Shown: piece by piece, positions 33,934-43,020 of the stretch
How the letters are laid out: each line of letters starts with the position of its first letter
How positions within the stretch are numbered: the first letter of the stretch is position 1
DNA from: Methanomassiliicoccaceae archaeon
GTDB lineage: Archaea > Thermoplasmatota > Thermoplasmata > Methanomassiliicoccales > Methanomethylophilaceae
NCBI GenBank assembly: GCA_003560875.1
Contig: PWJQ01000035.1
Coordinates: 7,182-71,181, forward strand
Reading direction: 5' to 3'
DNA: 64,000 nucleotides
Translations under genes and position numbers: made by a program
The notes under the pieces: generated by a model
Told to the model about the DNA's origin: nothing
The model's input: only the letters and a program-made list of their open reading frames with translations
The model's database searches: none

Positions 33934-34503
33934 TTGGACCTCGCCGTTCTCCTGAGCTCCTTCGGACTTGTGGGGATTGCGGAGTTGGGCGACAAGAGTA
34001 TGTTCGCGGTCATAGCGCTCGCCGCCCGCTACGGTCGCCGAGGGGTGTTCCTCGGTGCGGTCTCCGCTTTATTCCTTTTGACGGTGATCGCTGCCCTCCT
34101 GGGAGCAACGCTTTCCACCATCCTCGATGACTCCGTGATCGTCCCCTTGGCAGCACTGGTGTTCCTGGCCTTCGGCTCTTACATGCTGATCAGGAAGGCG
34201 GAGGTGGAGGAGGAGGCGCTCTTAACGAAGTCATCGAACGGATTCCTGGCCACCTTCTCGATGATAACGCTGATGGAGATGGGTGACAAGACCCAGATAG
34301 CCATCTTCGCCCTCGCCGCATCCACCGGGGACGCAACGGCGGTAATCGTGGGGGCGTCCTTGGCATTCATAATCATGGTCGCCATCGAGGTCTATCTCGG
34401 TCACCGCATAAGCGCCAGGATCTCACCGCAGACCATGCAGTCACTGGCAGGGGCGGTGTTCCTGGTCTTCGGATTGTTCTACCTTATACAATGGCTGCTC
34501 TGA
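33934..34503 (+). CDS. GDT1/TMEM165 (UPF0016) family cation (Mn2+/Ca2+) transporter
   Basis: Two E-x-G-D-K-[ST] motifs (ELGDKS, EMGDKT) lie in a 6-TM, 189-aa protein. TTG start with AGAGGTGA 4-5 nt upstream. Confidence 0.78.
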   Translation: MDLAVLLSSFGLVGIAELGDKSMFAVIALAARYGRRGVFLGAVSALFLLTVIAALLGATLSTILDDSVIVPLAALVFLAFGSYMLIRKAEVEEEALLTKSSNGFLATFSMITLMEMGDKTQIAIFALAASTGDATAVIVGASLAFIIMVAIEVYLGHRISARISPQTMQSLAGAVFLVFGLFYLIQWLL

Positions 34504-35850
34504 TCAGCAGACCAGGTCCTCCAGCTGGGCGGATATCCTGTGCGCCCTCTCACTGGCCTTCGCCTTGTCCTTGGACTCCGAATACACACGGAATATCGGC
34601 TCGGTGCCGGAAGCGCGGATTAGCACCCATCCGTCATCGAACATTATCTTTATGCCGTCGGTGTCGTCCACCTTCTCATTGCGGAAGATCTCCTTGACCT
34701 TGTCCTGCAAGCCGGTCTTCGACTCGTTGGGACAGGCGAACTTCCGTTTCTCGGTGTGGTACACCGGTAACGCCTCCACCTGTTGCGACAGGGGACCGTG
34801 GCGCACCACGCTCTCCAGCACCTTGGCCAGGGTCATAGCACCGTCACGGCAGAACTGATGCTCCGGGAAGATGAGGCCGCCGTTCTCCTCGCCGCCGAAC
34901 AAGGCCCCGGTCACTATCATACGCCGGGCCACGATCGGTGAGCCGACCGCGGTGTAGTCTATCGTTCCGCCTTCGGCGATGACGACCTCCTCCACCATGG
35001 AGGAGGAGCTGACCGGCGTTACCACCGTTCCCTTGTTCTCTCTGAGCATCGCTTTGGAGACCAGTGCCAGACTCTTGTCACCCGGGAGATATCCGCCCTT
35101 CTCATCAACGAACACCGCCCGGTCGGCATCGCCGTCGAATGCGACACCGAGGTCGGCACCCACCGCCGTCACCAATGATAGGAGGTCACGGAGGTTCTCG
35201 GCGGTCGGTTCACTGGGATGGCCGGGGAACTTCCCCTGGGGGTCGGCGTTGATGGTCACCGCCCTAACACCCAATCTGTCCATGAGCATCGGCCCCACGG
35301 AGAAGGCCGCACCGTTGGCACAATCCATGACCACCGTCAGTCCCGCCTCGCGGATGGCGGCGGTATCCACGTGGGACATCACCGCTTCGAGGTACTCCTC
35401 CACGGCCTCGGAGACCGGGTGCACGGCACCGACCTCCTCCCAGGCGGCACAGGGGATTTGGGACCAGAACATCTCCTCGATCCCCATCTCCTTTTCACGG
35501 GGCATCTCGGTGCCGTCATGGTCGACGCACTTGATACCGTTGAACTGCGGCGGGTTGTGGGAGGCGGTGATCATCACCCCGCCCATCACCTCGGGGCGGT
35601 TCTTAACGTAGAATTGCAACACCGGCGTGGGCACCACGCCCAGATCCATCACTTCAACGCCGGCGGCGGTGAGGCCGGCGATGGTCGCCGATGAGATCAT
35701 GTGTCGGGACGTGCGGGTGTCGGTGGCTATGGCCACCTTGCCGCCCATGAACGTGCCTATTGCCTTGCCGAGTTGCAGGGCGAGGGGGGAGTTCATGTCC
35801 TCGTTGACGATGCCACGCACGCCGTTGGTGCCGAACAGCCTGTGGGTCAT
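34504..35850 (-). CDS. Phosphohexomutase (phosphoglucosamine/phosphomannomutase), intact paralogue
   Basis: Intact N-terminus MTHRLFGTNGVRG, plus TASHNPPQFNGIK, AFDGDADRAV, GGEENG and RASGTEP. Confidence 0.88.
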   Translation of the reverse strand: MTHRLFGTNGVRGIVNEDMNSPLALQLGKAIGTFMGGKVAIATDTRTSRHMISSATIAGLTAAGVEVMDLGVVPTPVLQFYVKNRPEVMGGVMITASHNPPQFNGIKCVDHDGTEMPREKEMGIEEMFWSQIPCAAWEEVGAVHPVSEAVEEYLEAVMSHVDTAAIREAGLTVVMDCANGAAFSVGPMLMDRLGVRAVTINADPQGKFPGHPSEPTAENLRDLLSLVTAVGADLGVAFDGDADRAVFVDEKGGYLPGDKSLALVSKAMLRENKGTVVTPVSSSSMVEEVVIAEGGTIDYTAVGSPIVARRMIVTGALFGGEENGGLIFPEHQFCRDGAMTLAKVLESVVRHGPLSQQVEALPVYHTEKRKFACPNESKTGLQDKVKEIFRNEKVDDTDGIKIMFDDGWVLIRASGTEPIFRVYSESKDKAKASERAHRISAQLEDLVC

Positions 35851-35854
35851 GTTA

Positions 35855-36538
35855 TCAGTCCGTGCGTGCGGTTATGAGGATCTGTATGGTGTCCGCACAG
35901 TCCTTACAACGGTCGGCGGACTTCTCTATGGAGTCGAGGAGTCCCTTGGACATGATCGTCCCGCGGTGGTTCATGTCCGCCATCAGGATCTTCTTGAGTA
36001 TGGACACATTGAGCTCATCGATGACCCTCTCCTGGGACTTGATGTTCTGGATGCACTTCAGGGTGTCCTCCTCATCAGCGCCCAGTCTTTCCACCGCCCG
36101 CAGGAGCATCTTGGATGCCAGGGAGAGCTCGTTGGATATCGACCGCAGGGCCTCCCATATGTGGTTGGGTATCTCGATGGAGGCTTCTATGATCAGCTGA
36201 ACGTGGATGGCCCCTTCCATCGCCCAATCGGCGATGCGGTCCATCTTGCGGACCAGGTGCATGAGGTCCTCCCTCTCCCGAGGGTCTAGCTCGCCCTTGC
36301 TCAGCTTGAAGGCCAGACGGTCCTCTATCCTGTCCGCCTCCTTCTCACTGAGCACCAGACGGTTGATAGCGCCCATGGCGGTGTCGTCGTCCCCCTTGGA
36401 CATGGCGATTATGCTCCGCTCCAGCTCATTGACGGCATCTATTATGATTAGACCGTGCTCCCTCATGCCCTTGAGGACGAAATCCTCACGCCTCTTACCG
36501 AACCACTCCAACAGGGATTTTCCTTTCTTGTCACTCAA
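35855..36538 (-). CDS. DUF47 / PhoU-related (TIGR00153-like) protein
   Basis: 227-aa all-helical protein with EKEADRIEDRL and ESADRCKDCADTI repeats typical of the PhoU-like DUF47 family. Its start overlaps the upstream ATPase stop by 8 nt. Confidence 0.65.
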   Translation of the reverse strand: MSDKKGKSLLEWFGKRREDFVLKGMREHGLIIIDAVNELERSIIAMSKGDDDTAMGAINRLVLSEKEADRIEDRLAFKLSKGELDPREREDLMHLVRKMDRIADWAMEGAIHVQLIIEASIEIPNHIWEALRSISNELSLASKMLLRAVERLGADEEDTLKCIQNIKSQERVIDELNVSILKKILMADMNHRGTIMSKGLLDSIEKSADRCKDCADTIQILITARTD

Positions 36539-37616
36539 GCCTGACCGCCTCCGCTATGCCCTCCTTGGGCCTTCTGTAAACAATCGACATCTTACGGTTG
36601 AACACCAGCTCCACATCCTGACCGATGGCCGGAGGCTCATGGTGTTTGGGGATGTTGTATTCCACTTTGTCCTCGCTCTTCGCCCGGGTCACCACACGCC
36701 AATAGCTGCCCATGTATATCACCTGGACCACCTTGGCACTGAGACCCTCCTTGGCGGTGTAAACGTACTCCGGCCTCACCGACAGGACGACGGCGTCGTT
36801 GATGTTGAATTGGCGGTTACCGCCCACCTTGATGTCCGTGCCGTCCCTCAACTTGACCAGTATGTTGCGGTCGTCCTTATCGGAGACCATTCCCTCCATG
36901 AGGTTGGTCTCCCCTATGAAATAAGCGGTGAATAAATTGTTCGGTCGCCGGTACAGCTTCATGGGGCTGTCGCTCTCCACGATGCTGCCGTTGCGCATGA
37001 CCACGATCCGGTCGGACACCGACATGGCCTCGTCCTGGTCGTGGGTCACGTGGATGACGGTGATTCCCAGTTCCTTTACCAGGCGTCTGATCTCATATCG
37101 GAGGTCCATCCTCACCCGGGCGTCCAACGCTGACAACGGTTCATCGAGCAGGAGGAGCCGGGCACCTGACGCCATCGCCCTGGCGATGGCCACCTTCTGC
37201 TGCTCTCCTCCTGATAGCTCACCGGGAAACATGTCGAGGCGGTCGAGCATGTTGACCAGTTTGAGGAACTTGTCCGCCGTCTCCTTGCTCTCTTCCTTGG
37301 TCCTGCCTTGCATCCTCGGTCCGAAGGACACGTTCTTGGCCACTTTCATGTGGGGGAAGAGGGCGATGTTCTGGAACACATAACCGACATGTCTATCCTC
37401 GATGGGGACGTCGGTGACGTCCTCGCCGTCTATCGTGACACTCCCCTCCGTGGGGATCCACAGCCCGGATATCACCTTTATCAACGACGTCTTTCCACAA
37501 CCTGAGGGGCCGAGTATGGTCAGGTACTCGCCGTCCTTGATCACCAGGTCTATGTCCCGCACGGCATATATGTCGCCGAACCTCATTGTGACCTTGTTCA
37601 GTGTTATACGGGGCAT
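36531..37616 (-). CDS. ABC transporter ATP-binding protein with C-terminal TOBE-like domain (subunit 2)
   Basis: Walker A GPSGCGKTS, signature LSGGEQQKVAIARA, Walker B LLLLDEPLSALD, and a ~120-aa C-terminal regulatory domain. Confidence 0.88.
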   Translation of the reverse strand: MPRITLNKVTMRFGDIYAVRDIDLVIKDGEYLTILGPSGCGKTSLIKVISGLWIPTEGSVTIDGEDVTDVPIEDRHVGYVFQNIALFPHMKVAKNVSFGPRMQGRTKEESKETADKFLKLVNMLDRLDMFPGELSGGEQQKVAIARAMASGARLLLLDEPLSALDARVRMDLRYEIRRLVKELGITVIHVTHDQDEAMSVSDRIVVMRNGSIVESDSPMKLYRRPNNLFTAYFIGETNLMEGMVSDKDDRNILVKLRDGTDIKVGGNRQFNINDAVVLSVRPEYVYTAKEGLSAKVVQVIYMGSYWRVVTRAKSEDKVEYNIPKHHEPPAIGQDVELVFNRKMSIVYRRPKEGIAEAVRLE

Positions 37617-38701
37617 TATTCCAACCTCAGCTCCTCTTCCAAGCCCTGCTCGGGCATCGGGAACACCGTCGCCTCATCCGGCGACCATCCTACCACGACC
37701 TCGTCGCCGGGGGAGAATTCCTCGTACTTGCGGTTGGGCAGTTTGGCGGAGAAGAGCTTCCCGTTGGCCATGACGTCGATGTGTATCGTCACCCCCTCGT
37801 ACAGTATCCTCTCCACCCTCCCTAGGAAGAAGCCCTCCTCCGTCCGTAGCTGGGTGTTGCCGACCTTGATGGCGACGATCACCTCCGAGCCCACGGGCAA
37901 CTGGCAGGGCCGGGCCTTCACGTTTATGCCCATGTCGTTCTCCACCACGGTATAGTCGCCGTTAGAGACCAACCGGCCTTTGAAGAAATTGGACTGGCCG
38001 ACGAAATTGGCCACGAAGGGACTCACGGGGGTGTCGAACACCTCCTTGGGAGTGCCCACCTGGACCACCTTGCCGTACCTCATGACGGCAACGCGGTCGG
38101 CTATGACCATCGCCTCCTCCTGGTCGTGGGTGACGTGTATCGCGGTTATGCCCAGGGCCTTGACCAGTGAACGGATCTCACGGCGGAGCTCTATCCTCAG
38201 CCGGGCGTCCAAGGCCCTCAGGGGCTCATCGAGCAGTATGACCTTCGACCCTGACGCCAAGGCCCGGGCCAAGGCAGTGCGCTGCTGCATACCGCCGCTG
38301 AGCTCGCGGGGGAGGGCGTCCTTACGACGGTTGAGATGGACCATCTCCAGCATGTTGTCCACGATGTCCTGTGCCTGCTGGAACTCCCACCCTCTGATGC
38401 GGGGGCCGTAGATGACGTTGCCATTGACATCCAGATGAGGGAAGAGGGAGTATACTTGTGATAGTAAAGCGGCCTCCCGGGCCTCGGGTTCGACCCTGGT
38501 GTAATCCTTGCCATCGAACAGTATCTTACCGCTATCAGGATCGATTAGTCCGGCGATCATCTTCAGAGCGGTGGTCTTACCGGCCCCGGTGGGGCCGAGG
38601 ATGCATATGTACTCGCCCTCCTCCACTCTGAGGTCCATCCCGTCAGCGGCTATGGTTTTGCCGTACCTCTTACTCAGCCCTTTGAGTTCGACCACGGTCA
38701 T
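37616..38701 (-). CDS. ABC transporter ATP-binding protein with C-terminal TOBE-like domain (subunit 1)
   Basis: Walker A GPTGAGKTT, signature LSGGMQQRTALARA, Walker B VILLDEPLRALD. 1-nt overlaps at both junctions (38701, 37616). Confidence 0.88.
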   Translation of the reverse strand: MTVVELKGLSKRYGKTIAADGMDLRVEEGEYICILGPTGAGKTTALKMIAGLIDPDSGKILFDGKDYTRVEPEAREAALLSQVYSLFPHLDVNGNVIYGPRIRGWEFQQAQDIVDNMLEMVHLNRRKDALPRELSGGMQQRTALARALASGSKVILLDEPLRALDARLRIELRREIRSLVKALGITAIHVTHDQEEAMVIADRVAVMRYGKVVQVGTPKEVFDTPVSPFVANFVGQSNFFKGRLVSNGDYTVVENDMGINVKARPCQLPVGSEVIVAIKVGNTQLRTEEGFFLGRVERILYEGVTIHIDVMANGKLFSAKLPNRKYEEFSPGDEVVVGWSPDEATVFPMPEQGLEEELRLE

Positions 38702-40356
38702 CAGTAAGTGCCTCCTTCACGCCTTATCACATAACGGAGTCCGAACATGAACACGAATGAGACCATGATGAGCACCATGGCCGACACGGCGGCGAGATAG
38801 TAGTCACCGGTATTCATCAGACCGATTATGTAGACCGGCACGGTGTTGGCATCCGGGCTGACCGCCACCGTGGCACCGGTCTCGCCGAGTGAACGGGTGA
38901 AGGCGAGGATGGCACCGGCGAGGACGGCGGAACGGACGATGGGGAACAGCACGGTGCGGAACGTGGCGAAGGGTTTGGCTCCCAGAGTTCGTGCGGCCTC
39001 CTCATACGACGGGTCGACCTCCATCACGGCTCCGGCGACGTTCCTGACCACCAGAGGATAAGTGAAAGCTATATGCGCCATGATCACCAGGACTGTCAAG
39101 TTGGTGACTAAGCCCTGGGTGGTCCAGAACAAGGCCAATGAGAAACCCAATGCCGTGGTAGGTACGATGAGAGGTATGTTGACCAGGGAATCCACCGCCT
39201 GTGCCAACTTCTTGTCCTTATGCCTTGCGATGTACAAGGCCAGCGGTACGCCGAGGACGATGTCCGCCAAGGTAACCACACCGGCCACCATGAATGAATA
39301 TGCTAAAGCGTCCAACAGCCCAGACCAGTCCATGTCCGCAGGGGACGGTACCAGAAGGTAGGCGAATATGAAGAAGGACGGGATTATGACTATGGCGAAG
39401 AGCCAGACGAAACTCACCACGTCCTTGGCCTTGGGCACCGCGCCCCGGCTCAGCACCCTCTCCCACCGCGGCCAAACCTTATCGAATGGTACGCCTACCC
39501 TTCCAAGGACGAACTTGATTATGAGAAGGAAGATTATGGCAGTGATTATCAGGATTATACTGACCACCGCCAGTACCGCCTCGACGTCCGTGGTCCCAAG
39601 GACGAGGTCGTTCTTCAACGCGGCGATCAGGGTGGGGCCGGTGAAGAACTTGTCCGCCTGACCGACGGTGATGAGGGCGATGAAGGTTCCACCCGTCTCA
39701 CTGAGGGAACGGGCGAAACAAAGGATGAAACCGGTTATGAGACCGGCGCGGAAAAGGGGCAGGGTTATCGTCCTGGCGGCAGTCATGCGGCTGGCGCCGA
39801 GGGTCATCCCCGCCTCCTCGTAGCTCTGGTCGATCTGCTCCAATATGGCGGAGAGTGAACGGACCATGTAAGGGTAGGTGAAGATGATGTGGAGAAGCAT
39901 TATGAGGATGTAGGGGGAGGCGACGATACCGAGCGCCCCGGGGGGCACAGGGGCTTCCACCGGCAGTCCCCAGAAGATACCGATCGAGAAACCGAGGGCG
40001 GCGGTGGGGAATGCCAAAGGCATATCGATGAGGGTGTCGAGGAGCTTCTTCCCCCGGAACTGTTTCCGCACCATTATCCAGGCCATCGGTATGCCGACGA
40101 TGAGGTCGATGATGGTGACTATCAGCGCCAAGCTGAATGAGGTGAATACCGCCCCCCATACCAGCGACATGACCTCGGGGTCGTCGAGAACCATGTTGCT
40201 CAGGTTCTGGAAGTCCATTATGCCGAATATCAGCACATAAACCGTGGGGAGTATTATGAAGGCCAGGAAGAACAGGGTGATGATCCCGAACCATCCACTG
40301 CGGATGTCCCTCCTACTGGAGAGATCGTCTATCCTTTTGGTAAGGCTCATCGGCAT
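38701..40356 (-). CDS. Fused two-domain ABC importer permease (FbpB/ThiP-like, ~12 TM)
   Basis: 551 aa with two copies of the binding-protein-dependent transport EAA loop region (SYEEAGMTLGASRMTAARTITLP and SYEEAARTLGAKPFATFRTVLFP). Confidence 0.85.
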   Translation of the reverse strand: MPMSLTKRIDDLSSRRDIRSGWFGIITLFFLAFIILPTVYVLIFGIMDFQNLSNMVLDDPEVMSLVWGAVFTSFSLALIVTIIDLIVGIPMAWIMVRKQFRGKKLLDTLIDMPLAFPTAALGFSIGIFWGLPVEAPVPPGALGIVASPYILIMLLHIIFTYPYMVRSLSAILEQIDQSYEEAGMTLGASRMTAARTITLPLFRAGLITGFILCFARSLSETGGTFIALITVGQADKFFTGPTLIAALKNDLVLGTTDVEAVLAVVSIILIITAIIFLLIIKFVLGRVGVPFDKVWPRWERVLSRGAVPKAKDVVSFVWLFAIVIIPSFFIFAYLLVPSPADMDWSGLLDALAYSFMVAGVVTLADIVLGVPLALYIARHKDKKLAQAVDSLVNIPLIVPTTALGFSLALFWTTQGLVTNLTVLVIMAHIAFTYPLVVRNVAGAVMEVDPSYEEAARTLGAKPFATFRTVLFPIVRSAVLAGAILAFTRSLGETGATVAVSPDANTVPVYIIGLMNTGDYYLAAVSAMVLIMVSFVFMFGLRYVIRREGGTY

Positions 40357-40405
40357 CGGCGGACACTTGACTGATGATTATGTATATATCTGCTATGATT
40401 ATAAT

Positions 40406-40517
40406 CTATATAGCCTATAGAATCTCTATAGTTTTTTTCTTTTTCCGAACCCCTCGTCTCGTTGTGAGATAGAGTTGGATTATTAGGCCGCTCAAAGCGG
40501 GAAAACCTTTTCTATAG
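40406..40517. repeat. Four CTATAG palindromic hexamers in the AT-rich intergenic region upstream of the ABC operon
   Basis: ctatatag 40406..40413, ctatag 40415..40420, ctatag 40426..40431 and ctatag 40512..40517. The central pair is spaced 11 nt apart. A TATA-like gcagatatataca (minus strand, ~40381..40393) lies between the repeats and ATG 40356. Confidence 0.4.
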
Positions 40518-40521
40518 GGGC

Positions 40522-41385
40522 TTATAAGAATATGGTGTCAACGACCTTCTCGCCCTTTCTGACTTTAGCTCCGGGGCAGATGATCGAGTTGCGGATGAAA
40601 GCTTTCGATCCGACGCTGGCGCCTTCTAGAACGGCGGATTCGGCCACATCGGCGTCAGCAGCCACCGCGGAACCCGCCTTGAAAACGTTGCCCACTCCCT
40701 GCTCCTTAAGGAGTATCCCCTGTGCTCGTAGGTAGCTGTCACGCGTGCCGCAGTCCACCCAATATCCTTCCAGCCTCAAGCCGTAGAGTCCACGGTCAAG
40801 CACATTAGGGAAGACATCCCGCTCCAGGCTCACGACGCCGTCGGGGATGTGTTCGAATATCTCCGGCTCGAATACGTAGACGCCGGCATTGATCAGGTCG
40901 GAGAGCTCCTCGCCGGGGGCGGGCTTCTCCTGGAACGAGGTCACACGGTCATCGTCCAAGGCCACGACGCCGTAGGCGCTGGGATCCTTGACCTTCCACA
41001 GGGCTAGAGTCCCGATACCTCCATGGCGACGATGGAAATCCGCCATCATGGCGGCGTCAAGGGAGCAGACGATGTCTCCGTTGAATGCCAGGAAAGTGTC
41101 GTCGAGATATTCGGATATGTTCTTTAGCGCCCCTCCGGTGCCCAAGGGCTCCGTCTCCTCCACCAGTATGACCTCGCGACCGATGTCGACGGAGTCGAAA
41201 TAATCCTGGAGGTCGTCTTTGCGGTAGTTCACCGCCAATATCACGGTGTCGACCTCAGCGGGCAAAGGGTCGATGATGTGCCTTATGAGGGGCTTGCCGA
41301 CAAGGGGCACCAATGGTTTGGGCATACCTTCGGTCAAGGGCCGAAGACGCGTCCCCTGTCCTCCGGCGAGTATCGCCGCCTTCAT
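40522..41385 (-). CDS. Sugar-1-phosphate nucleotidyltransferase (NDP-sugar pyrophosphorylase) with short C-terminal beta-helix
   Basis: MKAAILAGGQGTRLRPLTEGMPKPLVP signature. The sugar and nucleotide specificity is not determinable by eye. Confidence 0.82.
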   Translation of the reverse strand: MKAAILAGGQGTRLRPLTEGMPKPLVPLVGKPLIRHIIDPLPAEVDTVILAVNYRKDDLQDYFDSVDIGREVILVEETEPLGTGGALKNISEYLDDTFLAFNGDIVCSLDAAMMADFHRRHGGIGTLALWKVKDPSAYGVVALDDDRVTSFQEKPAPGEELSDLINAGVYVFEPEIFEHIPDGVVSLERDVFPNVLDRGLYGLRLEGYWVDCGTRDSYLRAQGILLKEQGVGNVFKAGSAVAADADVAESAVLEGASVGSKAFIRNSIICPGAKVRKGEKVVDTIFL

Positions 41386-41394
41386 CTCCTTGGT

Positions 41395-41610
41395 TCAAAG
41401 GGTGGATATGCTCACGACGTTGTTGCCACGGAGTACAACGGTGCCGAGACGCCTGCTCTGGTCGCCGTTGGTCTCCTCTGTGTCCTCGAGGACCATGTTC
41501 ATGTAGTCGTCGAACCCGGTGAGCTTGCCCTCCAGGATCCTGCTGTCCTTGAGGAGTAAGCATATTCTCTTTTCCAAGGATTTCTCCAATAAAGCGAGAG
41601 GCATGACCAT
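41395..41610 (-). CDS. Sm-like (LSm/SmAP) RNA-binding protein
   Basis: Sm1/Sm2 pattern ICLLLKDSRILEGKLTGFDDYMNMVLEDTEE...GTVVLRGNNVVSI. ATG 41610 (or 41604) has a catttaaaaac TATA-like box ~30 nt upstream. The track ORF begins at 41637. Confidence 0.85.
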   Translation of the reverse strand: MVMPLALLEKSLEKRICLLLKDSRILEGKLTGFDDYMNMVLEDTEETNGDQSRRLGTVVLRGNNVVSISTL

Positions 41611-41652
41611 TTCAATCAAATGTGTGAACTGAATCATGTTTTTAAATGTTTT

Positions 41653-42156
41653 CTAATCTTGGACCTCGCGCGCGGAATCCATCCACCGACGGACATCCTC
41701 GCGGCGGCGGGCGTCGATGCCGAAATGCTCCGAGAAACGACGGTTGGTGCTCAGCTCCAGGGTCTGCCCCTTCTTCCTGGCGTCCACCAGGCCCATATCC
41801 CTCAGTTTGCGCACGTCGTCATAGACACGGGCGCCGAGGCTGCGGCAGAGCTCGCTCTGCTCCACCGGTTGATGGTAGGCTATCATGGCGGCCGTGCGCA
41901 GGGTCGACGGCGGTATCTCCGGAGGGGAGAACTGCTGCCCGTAGGGGAGGTACTCCTCACGCAGGCAGAGCGAGTATCGCCCACCGGCGCGGAGGACGCG
42001 CAGAGCAGAGCCGCGGCCCTCGTAATCATCCTGCAATGATTTGATGGCCTCTTGGACCTGCGACTCACTGAGACCGGTGGATTTGGACAGGTCCACCGCC
42101 CGCAATCCCTCATAGGAGGCGAAGAGCACCGCCTCCAGCAGGGCCTTGGGCTCCAC
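41653..42156 (-). CDS. scpB: Segregation and condensation protein B
   Basis: LLEAVLFASYEGL N-terminus and tandem winged-helix pattern. Located immediately after scpA and smc. Confidence 0.82.
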   Translation of the reverse strand: MEPKALLEAVLFASYEGLRAVDLSKSTGLSESQVQEAIKSLQDDYEGRGSALRVLRAGGRYSLCLREEYLPYGQQFSPPEIPPSTLRTAAMIAYHQPVEQSELCRSLGARVYDDVRKLRDMGLVDARKKGQTLELSTNRRFSEHFGIDARRREDVRRWMDSAREVQD

Positions 42157-43020
42157 TCACATCACCAGTTTGTCCTCGGTCTCGGCCAGCACCGTGTCCT
42201 CGACCTTGCCCTGCATCCAATCCACCTTGATCTCGATGAAAACCTCACCGTGCGGCAGTTCATCCTGCCATACCGCCAGCAGCCCGTTGCGGACCAGGAA
42301 GAGCACCGCCACGAAGGATGAGATGTTGGCGGCATGGTCGCTACCGAAGAGGTCCTTGAGGGCCAGAGGGCCGGTGCCCAGCCTCTGTATGCGTTCCCAT
42401 ACCTTATCCACGTCACTCTCCATGTCCTCGTCGTGGGCCTGATTCTGGAAAGGGACGGAGGTCTTCACCCTGACGGGACGGGAACGTTCCCGTTCGACCT
42501 CGCGGCGGGCGTCCTCAAAGGCGTCGAGCAGTTCCATCAGCGAGACGGGGCGTATCTCACGGCGGCGGAGGGTGGGAGTTAGCAGAGCCGGCGGCGGGAG
42601 CAGCCTCTCCGGCTCCTCACAGAGGTCGTCCACCATGCCGTCCATGTCCCACATCTGGAACGGGCAGTCCTGTCTCTCCTTCTCGTTGATTATCTCATCG
42701 CTCTGCAGACGCAGCACCTGCCAGGCCATGTGCACCAGCTTGCCGGCCACTATGAGGTCTATGCGCTCCTTTCCAATCTTCGTCGTGTATAGTCGTGTGA
42801 ACTCCATGAGGTCCAAGGCCCAGGGGTCCATCCCATGGCTGAGGACCAGCTCGAACGCCGACCTTATGGACTCGTCGACGGGGTCGCAGAGCGATTCGCC
42901 CTCCCCCTCGTCGAGTATGCGCAGATACCTCTGCATGTTCGTTATGCCCGCCTCGTCGTCCACCAGCGCCTGGTGGAACATCAGGTGCTCCAGCACCGAC
43001 TGGTCCCTCGTCTCGCTCAT
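42157..43020 (-). CDS. scpA: Segregation and condensation protein A (kleisin)
   Basis: MDPWALDLMEFTRLY (DPW-x-iDl motif). 4-nt overlap with the smc stop, and directly abuts the scpB start. Confidence 0.8.
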   Translation of the reverse strand: MSETRDQSVLEHLMFHQALVDDEAGITNMQRYLRILDEGEGESLCDPVDESIRSAFELVLSHGMDPWALDLMEFTRLYTTKIGKERIDLIVAGKLVHMAWQVLRLQSDEIINEKERQDCPFQMWDMDGMVDDLCEEPERLLPPPALLTPTLRRREIRPVSLMELLDAFEDARREVERERSRPVRVKTSVPFQNQAHDEDMESDVDKVWERIQRLGTGPLALKDLFGSDHAANISSFVAVLFLVRNGLLAVWQDELPHGEVFIEIKVDWMQGKVEDTVLAETEDKLVM

